A DNA stretch of 64,000 nucleotides from Bacillota bacterium (GTDB lineage: Bacteria; Bacillota; Clostridia; DSM-8532): assembly GCA_023440865.1 (NCBI GenBank), contig JAEXRM010000045.1, positions 1,154 to 65,153 of the forward strand, in the 5' to 3' direction. The position numbers were made by a program, and so were the translations under genes. Position 1 is the stretch's first letter. Each line of letters starts with the position of its first letter. Under the pieces are notes generated by a model. That model saw only the letters and a list, made by a program, of their open reading frames with translations, made no database searches and was not told the origin of the DNA. Of the stretch, positions 55,207 to 64,000 are shown one piece after another.

Positions 55207-56043
55207 ATGAACGCAGAAACAACCACCGCCCTTATGAAGACTGCGACGCACATCAGGAAAAGTGTCGTCGAAGCGGTCACCGCTGCCGGCAGCGGCCATC
55301 CGGGCGGCTCCCTCTCCATCGCGGACATCATGACCTACCTGTATTTCCGCGAGATGCGCATTGATCCCGCGAATCCGCATAATCCCGACCGCGACCGCTT
55401 CGTCATGTCCAAGGGACACTGTTCGCCCGCGTTGTACGCGACACTGGCGGAACGCGGCTACTTCCCGAAGGCGGACCTGTTGGGCTTCCGTCAGGCATCC
55501 AGTTACCTGGAAGGCCATCCGAACATGAACAAGGTGCCCGGTGTCGACATGTCCACCGGTTCGCTCGGTCAGGGCATCTCCGCCGCGGTCGGCATGTCCA
55601 TCGCCGGGAAAATCGACCAGAAGGACTATCGCGTCTATGTCATGCTGGGCGACGGCGAGCTCGATGAGGGCGAAGTGTGGGAGGCCACGATGAGCGCCGC
55701 CCACTACAAGCTCGACAACCTCACGGCCTTCGTTGACTGGAATGGCCTGCAGATCGACGGCGACATCAAGAAAGTCATGAATCCGGAGCCCATCGCCGAC
55801 AAGTTCAAGGCGTTCAACTGGAATGTCATCGTCATCGACGGCCATGATCTCGCCCAAATCGATTCCGCCGTGCAGGCCGCAAAGGCCCACAAGGGCGCGC
55901 CGACTGTCATCGTGTCCCGCTGCGTCAAGGGAAAGGGCGTCTCCTTCATGGAGAACCAGGCTTCCTGGCATGGCACGGCACCCAAGAAGGAGCAGCGCGA
56001 TCAGGCGATCGCGGAGCTGGATGCTTTTCTGGCAACGCTCTGA
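55207..56043 (+). CDS. tkt: Transketolase, N-terminal (TPP-PP) subunit
   Basis: GSGHPGGSLSIADI, SKGHCSPALYA and GDGELDEGEVWEA are present. Confidence 0.95.
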   Translation: MNAETTTALMKTATHIRKSVVEAVTAAGSGHPGGSLSIADIMTYLYFREMRIDPANPHNPDRDRFVMSKGHCSPALYATLAERGYFPKADLLGFRQASSYLEGHPNMNKVPGVDMSTGSLGQGISAAVGMSIAGKIDQKDYRVYVMLGDGELDEGEVWEATMSAAHYKLDNLTAFVDWNGLQIDGDIKKVMNPEPIADKFKAFNWNVIVIDGHDLAQIDSAVQAAKAHKGAPTVIVSRCVKGKGVSFMENQASWHGTAPKKEQRDQAIAELDAFLATL

Positions 56044-56145
56044 GTCGGAACGCACATACCGGATGTCCACCGTGCCGTCCCGGACGGCAACCGGACATTT
56101 GTGACGGATCACAGCATGGCGGCGACGACCGCCCGGAGGATGACA

Positions 56146-57087
56146 ATGGCTGACAAGATCGCCACCCGCGTGGCATATGGCACGGCACTGGCCGAAATCG
56201 GCGCGAACGAGAACATCGTGGTGCTCGATGCCGACCTTTCCAAGTCCACCCGCACCGACCTGTTCCAGAAGAAGTACCCGGAACGCCACTTCAACATGGG
56301 CATCGCCGAAGGCAACATGATGGCGGTCGCAGCCGGCATGGCCGCCTGCGGCAAGACGGTCTTCGCCAGCACGTTCGCGATCTTCGCGGCGGGGCGCGCG
56401 TTCGACCAGATCCGCAACTCCATCGGCTATCCCGCCCTGAACGTCAAGGTATGCGCCACCCATGCCGGCATCACCGTCGGCGAGGATGGCGCTTCCCACC
56501 AGGCCATCGAGGACATCGCCCTCATGCGTTCCATCCCGGGCATGACCGTCATCAGCCCGTGCGACGGTCCGTCCACGGCGGCGCTGGTCAAGGCGGCCGC
56601 GGAGATGAAGGGCCCGGTCTATATGCGTCTGGGCCGCCTCGACGTGCCGGTGCTGCATGGGGAGGATACGAAATTCGAAATCGGCAAGGCCGTACAGCTG
56701 CGGGAAGGAACCGACATCACCCTCATCGCCAACGGCCTGATGGTCGCAGCTTCCCTCGAGGCGGCTGAAAAGCTCGCAGCGGAAGGTGTTTCCGCCCGCG
56801 TCATCGACATCCACACCATCAAGCCCATCGATCGGGATGCCATCCTCAAGGCCGCCCGTGAAACCGGCGCCATCGTCACCGCCGAGGAACACAACGTGGT
56901 TGCCGGTTTTGGCAGTGCCGTCGCCGAAGTGGTGGTCACCGGTTTCCCGGTGCCCATGGGCATGGTCGGCGTCAACGACATCTTCGGCAAGTCCGGCAAG
57001 CCCGCCGACCTCATCCTGAAGTACGGCCTGACGGCCGATGCCGTCGTCGAGAAGGCGAAGGCCGTGCTCGCCATGAAGCAGGGTTGA
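56146..57087 (+). CDS. tkt: Transketolase, C-terminal (Pyr plus C-terminal domain) subunit
   Basis: FNMGIAEGNMM, GEDGASHQAIEDIALMR and IHTIKPID are present. The RBS is GGAGGA. Confidence 0.95.
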   Translation: MADKIATRVAYGTALAEIGANENIVVLDADLSKSTRTDLFQKKYPERHFNMGIAEGNMMAVAAGMAACGKTVFASTFAIFAAGRAFDQIRNSIGYPALNVKVCATHAGITVGEDGASHQAIEDIALMRSIPGMTVISPCDGPSTAALVKAAAEMKGPVYMRLGRLDVPVLHGEDTKFEIGKAVQLREGTDITLIANGLMVAASLEAAEKLAAEGVSARVIDIHTIKPIDRDAILKAARETGAIVTAEEHNVVAGFGSAVAEVVVTGFPVPMGMVGVNDIFGKSGKPADLILKYGLTADAVVEKAKAVLAMKQG

Positions 57088-57183
57088 GCAGGCGCCGCCT
57101 CCGCAAGCCGAGTCGGTCGGATCGGCACATGGCGATCTGAACCAGAGTTGGCGGCTTGAATCAGATGCACGATCCATGCAAGC

Positions 57184-57222
57184 AAAAGCGGGTGTCTGTC
57201 TTGATGACAGGCACCCGCTTTG
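57184..57222. terminator. Bidirectional terminator between tkt and the GNAT gene
   Basis: GCGGGTGTCTGTC-TTGAT-GACAGGCACCCGC has an A-run upstream and TTTG downstream. Confidence 0.65.
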
Positions 57223-57265
57223 TGATGGTGCATCCGGCGCGCGTTTTGCCATCGCGCGGAGTCAA

Positions 57266-57736
57266 TCAGGCATACTCCTTGACCATGCGGGCCCGCAGAT
57301 ACCCGCGGTCGGTCTCGATCGCCTCGGTGTGAAAGCCGCGCCCGTAATAAAAACGGACAAGCGCGAGATGCCGCGATGCGGTATGGAGAGAGACACGTTC
57401 GACACCGTTGGCGCAGAGGTACTTGTCCACCACGTTCATCAACGATTTGCCGATGCCGAGATTGCGGGCGTCGCTCGATACGGCGAAGCGGCTCAGATAG
57501 GCCCGTGTGCCGGTGATCTCAAGCCGCACCGTGCCGACGATGCCGCCATCGATCTCGGCGACATAGACAGGTTTCTCCTGGATCTGCCGCCAGACGTCGG
57601 CCTCTGTTTCCGTCAGGGCTTCCAGACTCTTCTGCCCCGTCACCTCGGCATAGTCGCGGAACGCATGCTGCAGGATGGCATGTACGGCCGGTGCGTCGGC
57701 GGGTTCCGCGCGGCGGATGATGAAACTGTATTGCAT
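57266..57736 (-). CDS. GNAT-family N-acetyltransferase
   Basis: The acetyl-CoA motif is RFAVSSDARNLGIGKSLM. The product is 156 aa. The RBS is GGAAGGGAG. Confidence 0.88.
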   Translation of the reverse strand: MQYSFIIRRAEPADAPAVHAILQHAFRDYAEVTGQKSLEALTETEADVWRQIQEKPVYVAEIDGGIVGTVRLEITGTRAYLSRFAVSSDARNLGIGKSLMNVVDKYLCANGVERVSLHTASRHLALVRFYYGRGFHTEAIETDRGYLRARMVKEYA

Positions 57737-57777
57737 GCGGATCTCCCTTCCGGTGGCAGGCGGTTCTTGGCGCCGTT

Positions 57778-58698
57778 TCAGCCCAGCAGCCTGACCATGA
57801 CTGCCTTCTGGGCATGCAGGCGGTTTTCTGCCTCATCGAACACAACAGACTGCGGTCCGTCGATGACGTCCTCGGACACCTCGTACCCGCGATAGGCCGG
57901 CAGACAGTGCATGAAGATCGCATCGGGCTTTGCCATGGCCATGAGGGCCGCATTCACCTGGAAGCCGTCAAACTGCGTGACCCGTTCGGCCTTCTCCGCT
58001 TCCTGCCCCATGCTCACCCACGTGTCGGTGTATACCACATCGGCACCAAGGACCGCCTCGGCCGCTGATTGGGTCAGTGTGACCGAGCCGCCCGCGGACT
58101 GGGCCGCCGACTGCGCGCAGCGGACACTTGCGGCATCGGGCTCGAAACCCATGGGGAAGGCGACCGCGATGTGCATGCCCATTTTGGCGCACCCGATGAG
58201 CAGCGAGTTGGCGACGTTGTTCCCATCGCCGACATAGGCGAGCTTGAGGCCGGCCAGCGTTCCCTTGTGCTCGCGGATGGTCTGCAGATCGGCCAGAATC
58301 TGGCACGGGTGCTGCAGATCCGTCAGTCCGTTGATGATCGGTATGGAGCCATAGCGGGCAAGGTCTTCGACGTCGGACTGCTTGAAGGTGCGGATCATGA
58401 TGCCGTCGAGATAACGCGACAGCGTCTTGGCCGTGTCGGCTACCGTTTCACCACGACCTAGCTGGATGTCGTTGGCGCTCAGGAAAAGCGGATATCCGCC
58501 CAACTGCACCATGCCGACTTCGAAAGAGACGCGTGTGCGGGTGGACGACTTGGTGAAGATCAGTCCCAGGGTCTTTCCCTGCAACAGATGGTTGTGCGGA
58601 ATGCCGTTGCGCAGCTCGGACTTGAGCCGGTCGGCCATGTCGAGGGTTTCCCCGATCGCCTCGGGTGTCCATTCACTCAAACAAAGAAGGTGCTTCAT
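57778..58698 (-). CDS. argF: Ornithine carbamoyltransferase
   Basis: STRTR, HPCQILAD, the DGNNV variant (GDGNNVANS) and HCLPA motifs are present. The start at MKHL has RBS GAGGTGG. Confidence 0.96.
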   Translation of the reverse strand: MKHLLCLSEWTPEAIGETLDMADRLKSELRNGIPHNHLLQGKTLGLIFTKSSTRTRVSFEVGMVQLGGYPLFLSANDIQLGRGETVADTAKTLSRYLDGIMIRTFKQSDVEDLARYGSIPIINGLTDLQHPCQILADLQTIREHKGTLAGLKLAYVGDGNNVANSLLIGCAKMGMHIAVAFPMGFEPDAASVRCAQSAAQSAGGSVTLTQSAAEAVLGADVVYTDTWVSMGQEAEKAERVTQFDGFQVNAALMAMAKPDAIFMHCLPAYRGYEVSEDVIDGPQSVVFDEAENRLHAQKAVMVRLLG

Positions 58699-58777
58699 GT
58701 TGCCACCTCGCTTCCGGTGTGTCGTGACAAACGCTTCGCGCAGGGCGGTTTGTCGGTTGCCCATGGAGAAGGAAGAA

Positions 58778-58815
58778 TGTGCATGATTATACAACTAGAT
58801 GAATAAAAATGCAAC
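58778..58815. promoter_or_regulatory. Tandem ARG boxes (ArgR/AhrC operator) upstream of argF
   Basis: Box 1 is TGTGCATGATTATACAAC (58778-58795). Box 2 is GATGAATAAAAATGCAAC (58798-58815). They are separated by 2 bp. Box 2 is close to the TNTGAATWWWWATTCANW consensus. The pair lies 80-117 nt upstream of the argF ATG. Confidence 0.6.
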
Positions 58816-58990
58816 ATAGACTTTTCCGTTGCCTCCAAACCGGAATGACTTGTGAAAACCGCCCGGGAAGCCGATATGTAATCCGGATGCGGGGGGCCGG
58901 TTGGTTGCGCGGGCCCGCCTGTGGTATCATCGAATCAGAAGCGAATGAGAATTCCGCTCTTCGGGTGGCGGGGAAACCGGGGTTTCGGGT

Positions 58991-59788
58991 ATGGACATTG
59001 CATCAATCATCGGCTTGATCGGCGGCATCGGCGTGCTGATCTACGGCATGGCCAGCGGTGGCGATCTGGGAGCGTTCTTCGACCCTCCATCCATCGTCAT
59101 GACCATCGGTGGTGGTCTGGTTTCCACTATCCTCAGCGTTTCACTCGAAGAGTTCCTGTCCCTGCCCAAGGCATTCCCACTCCTGCTCAAAACCAAACAG
59201 GCCAACCCGTTCGATCTCATCAAGTCGCTCGTCGACCTGAGCCAGAAAGCCCGCCGCGAAGGTCTGCTGGCCTTGGAATCCGCAGGGGAGAGCATCAATG
59301 ACGACTTCATGAAGAAGGCGATGGAACTGGTTGTGGACGGTGTCGAGGCCGACATCATCCGCGAGTCGTTGACACTGGAGCTCGACAACATGGCCATCCG
59401 CCACAAGTCGATGATCGGCATCTTCAAGACGATGGCATCCTTTTTCCCCGCATGGGGCATGATCGGTACCCTGGTCGGTCTTGTCATCCTGCTAGGCTCG
59501 CTCGATGATCCGTCGAAGATCGGACCTGCCATGGCCGTTGCCCTCATCACGACGTTCTATGGGTCCGTCATGGCGAACTTCATCGCGACGCCCATCGCGA
59601 ACAAGCTTGGCGCGAAGAGCTCCGAGGAAATCCGGCTCAAGGAGATGATGATCGAGGGCATACTGGGCATCCAGGCCGGTGTGAATCCACGCATCATGGA
59701 GCACAAGCTCAAGACCTTCCTGTCGCCCGCGCAGAAGAAGCAGTACGAAACCCTGCAGAATGCCGGAGAAAGGAATGCGGAGGCATGA
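58991..59788 (+). CDS. motA: Flagellar-type stator protein MotA (MotA/TolQ/ExbB proton channel family)
   Basis: The product is 265 aa with 4 TM helices. The C-terminal channel helices read GMIGTLVGLV and AMAVALITTFYGSVMAN. Confidence 0.9.
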   Translation: MDIASIIGLIGGIGVLIYGMASGGDLGAFFDPPSIVMTIGGGLVSTILSVSLEEFLSLPKAFPLLLKTKQANPFDLIKSLVDLSQKARREGLLALESAGESINDDFMKKAMELVVDGVEADIIRESLTLELDNMAIRHKSMIGIFKTMASFFPAWGMIGTLVGLVILLGSLDDPSKIGPAMAVALITTFYGSVMANFIATPIANKLGAKSSEEIRLKEMMIEGILGIQAGVNPRIMEHKLKTFLSPAQKKQYETLQNAGERNAEA

Positions 59789-59952
59789 AATCGGCGCGGG
59801 ACCGGATGTCTGGAATGGCATGACCCAAACGGATCGAATGCAGGCAAACGCCCATTTCGCCGAAGGCCCCGCACGTGGGGGCTGACAGGACAAAATCGAT
59901 GGCGCTGCGTTCGCAGCCTGAACGATGAATTGAAAGGACCGGAGGTGGTTCG

Positions 59953-60735
59953 ATGGCCAGAAAGGAAGATCCGCCGGCGGAGGGGCTGGCTGAGTGGTTT
60001 GGCACCTACAGCGACCTCGTGACGTTGTTGCTTTGCTTTTTCGTGCTGCTGTTCTCCATGGCGACCATCGACGCGCAAAAATACGTGCAGATCGCCAACT
60101 CGCTGCGCAGCTCCTTCGTCAGCATCAGCGGCGGTGACATGCTGTTCACCAACAAGGGGCAGCAAATGATCTCGATCACCGGAGAGATGAATCCAAGCGA
60201 CACCGGCGATCGTTCGGTCGACGCGCAGAAGTATGTCCAGAAGGCCGAGGAAATGGTCACCGACTCGCAGCAGCAGCAGGAGAACAAGAAGATCGCCGAT
60301 GCGGCGAACAAGATTCGCGACATCATTTCGGAAAAAGGACTCTCCGACAAGGTCGGTGTCGTGGAGGAGAAGGATTTTCTTTTGATCCGGCTCGACTCGG
60401 AGGTGTTTTTCCAATCGGGAAAGGCGGATATCCTGCAGGAAGGCAAGGAGGTGCTCGGCGCCATCTCCGATGTCGTCAACCAGCTTGAGAACAAGGACAT
60501 CCTGGTGCAGGGCCATACGGACAACGTGCCGATCAAAACCGCGCAGTTCGACTCGAACTGGGAGCTTTCCACGGCACGAGCGACCAATGTCGTACGCTAT
60601 ATGGTCGACAGCTTCGGCATCGACGCATCACGGCTGACCGCGACCGGGAACGGCGAGTTCCGTCCCGTTGCGGAGAACACGACGGCGGAAGGGCGGCAGA
60701 GGAACCGGCGCATCGAGATCCGCATCATGAGGTGA
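59953..60735 (+). CDS. motB: Stator protein MotB (OmpA-like peptidoglycan-binding domain)
   Basis: The N-terminal TM segment carries the conserved Asp (YSDLVTLLLCFFVLLF). The C-terminal OmpA-like domain reads GHTDNVPI...NWELSTARA..V.RY...NRRIEI. Confidence 0.9.
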   Translation: MARKEDPPAEGLAEWFGTYSDLVTLLLCFFVLLFSMATIDAQKYVQIANSLRSSFVSISGGDMLFTNKGQQMISITGEMNPSDTGDRSVDAQKYVQKAEEMVTDSQQQQENKKIADAANKIRDIISEKGLSDKVGVVEEKDFLLIRLDSEVFFQSGKADILQEGKEVLGAISDVVNQLENKDILVQGHTDNVPIKTAQFDSNWELSTARATNVVRYMVDSFGIDASRLTATGNGEFRPVAENTTAEGRQRNRRIEIRIMR

Positions 60736-60866
60736 GCCGCCTCGTCCGGGCTGCCGCCCCTTCTTCTTCCAGGATCGGGGATGACTTGCTTCACGCGGGC
60801 ATTTTCGGTATCATGTGTATGCGCCGGACGGTCGGGTACCGTACGGAGAATACCAGGAGGTGGACC

Positions 60867-61094
60867 ATGGCAGATTTTTGGGATTCGGAAGAACTGCTCG
60901 GCAAGTTCGTCAAGAACAGCCGCGAGGAAATCCATATCAAGAAGGTGTCCAAGAACACGAAAGAATACATCGACATCCGTACCTTCTGGTATGACAGCAA
61001 TGCCGATGAGTTCCGGCCCAGCCAAAAGGGCGTGGCCATCCCGCTCGAGTTTGCCGCCGAACTCAAGTCCGTTCTTGAACTGCTTGATCAATAA
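60867..61094 (+). CDS. PC4/YdbC-like ssDNA-binding small protein
   Basis: The product is 75 aa. The pattern EEIHIKKVSKNTKEYIDIRTFWYD....FRPSQKGVAIP is typical of bacterial PC4-like proteins. The RBS is AGGAGGTG. Confidence 0.7.
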   Translation: MADFWDSEELLGKFVKNSREEIHIKKVSKNTKEYIDIRTFWYDSNADEFRPSQKGVAIPLEFAAELKSVLELLDQ

Positions 61095-61116
61095 GGGCTG
61101 CCGGTGGGCGGTCATG

Positions 61117-61146
61117 TCGCCCGGAAGCGTGCTTCCGGGCGATTTT
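61117..61146 (+). terminator. Rho-independent terminator
   Basis: TCGCCCGGAAGC-GT-GCTTCCGGGCGA is followed by TTTT. Confidence 0.75.
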
Positions 61147-61356
61147 GCTGTCCGGATGCGCGAGCATGGCCCATGTGGCGGGCGAGACGGCCGGCATGGA
61201 AATATGGCCGTTCTGTGAACATTTGCCGTTCCGGTCAACTTCCATTTGTGATCGTGAAAAAGGGTAGTGTATAATGATGAAGTCCGGGATTCCGGCCGTA
61301 CGCCGCAATCACCGGCATGGCGGTGTTCCGATCAGGTTCGACGGGAGGGCAGGTCT

Positions 61357-62436
61357 GTGGCATACAAGGTGTTTCAGTCGGTCGTCATGCGCATCCGCGA
61401 TGCAATGGGCAACGAATTCGGCATTACGGACGGAACGGGCACCATCATCGCGAGCACGGTCGAATCCGAGATCGGTACGATGTTTGAAGCGTGTGCCGAT
61501 TTCATCGCGACGAACCAGACCATGACGGAACGCAACGGCATGATTTTGAAAAAGATCGAAATCGGCGGCCGCATCGACTTCGTCCTCTACCTGCACAGCG
61601 ACCACCCCGAACGCCGCAAGCACGCCGAACTCATCGCCATCAGCCTCGAGAACGCCAAGTTGTATTTCGACGAGAAGTATGACCGCAGCAATTTCATGAA
61701 GAACGTGCTGCTGGGCAACATCCTGCCGGGTGACATCGCCATCCGCGCCAAGGAATTGCGCGTCAAGAACGAGGGGCGCCGCATCGTCTTCCTCGTCCGT
61801 ACGGAAAAGACGCGCGAGCTGTTCGCCTACAACGTCATCCAGAGCCTGTTCCCGAACAACGCCAAGGACTACGTGGTGCTGCTCGATGATCAGAACACCG
61901 TCCTGATCAAGGAATTGAAGGAAAATGAGGATGCCGAGGAGGTATTCAAGAAGGCACGCGTTATCGTCGACACCCTGTCCAGTGAATTGATGATCAAGGC
62001 CAGCATCGGCATCGGAACCGAGGCCGAGAGCCTGCGCGAGGTCGCCCGCTCGTACAAGGACGCGCAGACCGCACTCAAGATCGGCCAGATCTTCGAGAAC
62101 GACAAGAACATCGTCGATTACAACCATCTGGGCATCGGGCGGCTGATCTACCAGCTGCCCACGACGCTGTGCCGCCTGTTCCTCAACGAGGTGTTCAAGG
62201 AAGGCGTGTTCGAGACCATCGATTCCGAGACCATGACCACCATCCAGAAGTTCTTCGAGAACAACCTCAATGTCAGTGAAACCTCCCGCCAGCTGTTCAT
62301 CCATCGCAACACGCTGGTGTACCGTCTCGACAAGATTCAAAAGATCACCGGCATGGACCTGCGCCGTTTCGACGACGCCATTTACTTCAAGGTGGCCATG
62401 ATGGTGAAGAAGTACCTCGACGAGGCATCCCGGTGA
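61357..62436 (+). CDS. CdaR/PucR-family transcriptional regulator
   Basis: The N-terminal diacid_rec-like region is followed by the C-terminal PucR HTH (SETSRQLFIHRNTLVYRLDKIQKITG.DLR). A GTG start at 61357 is preferred (GGGAGGG 7 nt upstream). Confidence 0.85.
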   Translation: MAYKVFQSVVMRIRDAMGNEFGITDGTGTIIASTVESEIGTMFEACADFIATNQTMTERNGMILKKIEIGGRIDFVLYLHSDHPERRKHAELIAISLENAKLYFDEKYDRSNFMKNVLLGNILPGDIAIRAKELRVKNEGRRIVFLVRTEKTRELFAYNVIQSLFPNNAKDYVVLLDDQNTVLIKELKENEDAEEVFKKARVIVDTLSSELMIKASIGIGTEAESLREVARSYKDAQTALKIGQIFENDKNIVDYNHLGIGRLIYQLPTTLCRLFLNEVFKEGVFETIDSETMTTIQKFFENNLNVSETSRQLFIHRNTLVYRLDKIQKITGMDLRRFDDAIYFKVAMMVKKYLDEASR

Positions 62437-62470
62437 CGGGATCCGCTCCGTCCGTATCTGAAGGAGAGCC

Positions 62471-63157
62471 ATGATCCGTTTCATCGATGTCACGAAAGTC
62501 TACGACAATGGCGTGGTTGGCCTGGCCGGTGCAAATGTCCACATCCGCAAGGGTGAATTCGTCTTCTTCATCGGCGAGAGCGGCTCCGGAAAATCCACGC
62601 TGCTCAAGCTCATCACCCGCGAGGAAGCCCCGAATTCGGGCGAAGTCCATGTCAACGGCTACAGTGTCCACAACATGCACCGCAACGAGGTGCCGTACCT
62701 GCGGCGCAGTCTCGGCATGGTGTTTCAGGATTTTCGCCTGCTGCCCAACCGCACCGCCTATGAGAATGTCGCATTCGCCATGCAGATGGTGGAGGCGCAG
62801 CCGCGTGAGATCCGGCGGCAGGTGCCTTTGGCGCTGGGACTTGTCGGGTTGTCGAAAAAGGCAAAGTCCTATCCATCGCAGCTTTCCGGTGGCGAGCAGC
62901 AACGCATCGTGCTTGCGCGCGCCCTGGTCAACAACCCGGCTGTCCTCATCGCGGACGAGCCGACCGGCAACCTCGATCCCAAGACGTCGTGGGAGATCAT
63001 GAACCTGCTGGATGAAGTCAACCAGCGGGGCACCACCGTCCTGGTCGCCACCCATGAGAAGAGCATCGTGGACACCATGAAAAAGCGCGTCATCACCCTG
63101 GAACGCGGCTCCATCATCCACGACGCGGAGAAAGGCTATTACGAGCATGAAGATTAG
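62471..63157 (+). CDS. ftsE: Cell division ATP-binding protein FtsE
   Basis: MIRFIDVTKVY, Walker A GESGSGKST, the signature LSGGEQQR and Walker B LIADEPTGNLD are present. Confidence 0.96.
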   Translation: MIRFIDVTKVYDNGVVGLAGANVHIRKGEFVFFIGESGSGKSTLLKLITREEAPNSGEVHVNGYSVHNMHRNEVPYLRRSLGMVFQDFRLLPNRTAYENVAFAMQMVEAQPREIRRQVPLALGLVGLSKKAKSYPSQLSGGEQQRIVLARALVNNPAVLIADEPTGNLDPKTSWEIMNLLDEVNQRGTTVLVATHEKSIVDTMKKRVITLERGSIIHDAEKGYYEHED

Positions 63158-64000
63158 GACGATGCGCCTGCTTTCACGCGAAGGCGTTTCCAATGTCGTC
63201 AAGAACAAGCTCATGTCGCTCGCTTCCACGGTGACCGTTCTGGTGGCATTGCTGTTGCTGGGATTTGTCCTGCTGCTGGCCGTCAACCTCAATTACAACA
63301 TGGAGCAGATGCGCCGCGAGCTCGAGGTGGTCGTTTTCCTCGACGTCGATGTCAACGCGCTCGACCGCGAAGCGGTCAAGTCCTTCATCGAGGAAAGGCA
63401 GACTGCTGGCGAGGTTGCTTCCTGGCGTTATGAGGACAAGCAAACGGCATTCGAAAACCTCAAGGCTTCCTTCACGGATCCCGACCTGCTCAAGGGCATG
63501 ACCCCGGCGCAGATGGCCGAGTCCTTCTACATCCGGCTGACCGATCCGGACGAGGGGACCGCTTTCATCGAACCCCTCGCCAAACTGCCCGGCATCCAAC
63601 CCGCGCCGGATGGCGTGCTCTACCCGAAGGATTCGCTCAACCAGATCACCCGCTTCGCGGAGATCCTCAACACCGTAACCCTTGTCCTGATGGGCATCAT
63701 GCTCGTCATCTCGGTCTTCATCATCAGCAACACGATCCGGCTCACTGTGCTTGCACGCAGCCGCGAAATCGAGATCATGCGCAGTGTCGGGGCGCTCGAC
63801 AGCTTCATCCGCATGCCCTTTTTCGTCGAGGGGATCGTGATCGGCCTGGTCGGGGCGTTGATCTCCTTCCTGTTGACACTCAGGGGGTATGACTGGATAC
63901 ACGGCTCGTTGAACACCCTGTTGTCCAATCTCGGGTTGGGCATGTTCCAGGTGGTCGCGTTCCAGCCCATGGCGCTGCGCATCCTGCTGATGTATCTGAT
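63147..64000 (+). CDS. ftsX: Cell division permease FtsX (3' end beyond window)
   Basis: I translated this by hand, since the track omits it for lack of a stop codon. The sequence is MKIRTMRLLSREGVSNVVKNKLMSLASTVTV..., then an extracellular domain, then IRLTVLARSREIEIMRSVGA. The ATG overlaps the ftsE 3' end. Confidence 0.9.
   Translation, partial: MKIRTMRLLSREGVSNVVKNKLMSLASTVTVLVALLLLGFVLLLAVNLNYNMEQMRRELEVVVFLDVDVNALDREAVKSFIEERQTAGEVASWRYEDKQTAFENLKASFTDPDLLKGMTPAQMAESFYIRLTDPDEGTAFIEPLAKLPGIQPAPDGVLYPKDSLNQITRFAEILNTVTLVLMGIMLVISVFIISNTIRLTVLARSREIEIMRSVGALDSFIRMPFFVEGIVIGLVGALISFLLTLRGYDWIHGSLNTLLSNLGLGMFQVVAFQPMALRILLMYL

Noticed and set aside
54031-57252. A 1073-aa minus-strand ORF.
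   Set aside because: It is antisense to the yitT-like gene and both transketolase subunits, all of which have clear motifs and RBSs. Its composition is Gly/Arg/Asp/His-rich and unstructured.
58870-58877. GCCGATAT, which matches the sigma-D/sigma-28 -10 element, upstream of motA.
   Set aside because: No TAAA-like -35 element lies at the required spacing of about 15 nt. A single 8-mer is insufficient evidence, so it is left as a note only.
61309-62493. A 394-aa minus-strand ORF.
   Set aside because: It is antisense to the CdaR/PucR-family regulator, whose C-terminal HTH is unmistakable on the plus strand.

Overview
This is a 64-kb chromosomal segment from a high-G+C, Gram-positive, Clostridia-like Firmicute. 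The lineage call rests on AbrB with a Spo0A box, AddAB, the L21-Prp-L27 operon, a split transketolase, SRP-RNA/dnaX synteny and aroQ-pepP-efp synteny. I can support about 50 protein genes, one tRNA-Leu(CAA), one SRP RNA, and a set of promoters, terminators and operator-like sites.

Most of the window is housekeeping: purA, a single-chain purL, deoB-pdp nucleoside salvage, rplU-prp-rpmA-obg-yhbY-aroQ-pepP-efp, ffs-dnaX, addB-addA, rho, rpmE, tkt (two subunits), argF, motAB and ftsEX.

The most interesting places are:
1. A visibly AT-richer, opposite-strand block of about 3.9 kb sits between rho and rpmE. It carries a multi-TM HD-GYP protein, a DUF5317-like membrane protein, a 27-codon lipoprotein-like micro-ORF and a 222-aa protein of unknown family.
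2. Rho carries an insertion of about 680 aa that is low-complexity and repeat-rich.
3. A minus-strand operon encodes a membrane-anchored class-A beta-lactamase-like hydrolase plus two tandem paralogous PQQ-like beta-propeller proteins. All three share the same Arg-rich tail, TM segment and Pro/Thr-linker architecture.
4. A serine-palmitoyltransferase-like alpha-oxoamine synthase lies divergent from a translationally coupled SDR/YkgJ-like pair.
5. A 14-nt CRP/FNR-type palindrome occurs twice, once between an Fnr-like regulator and a RIC di-iron protein gene.

I found no CRISPR array, transposase, integrase or recognisable defence gene. Many long ORFs in the supplied track are antisense artefacts of the high G+C content. 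All start-codon choices were made by eye from RBS spacing, and no computation or database search was possible.
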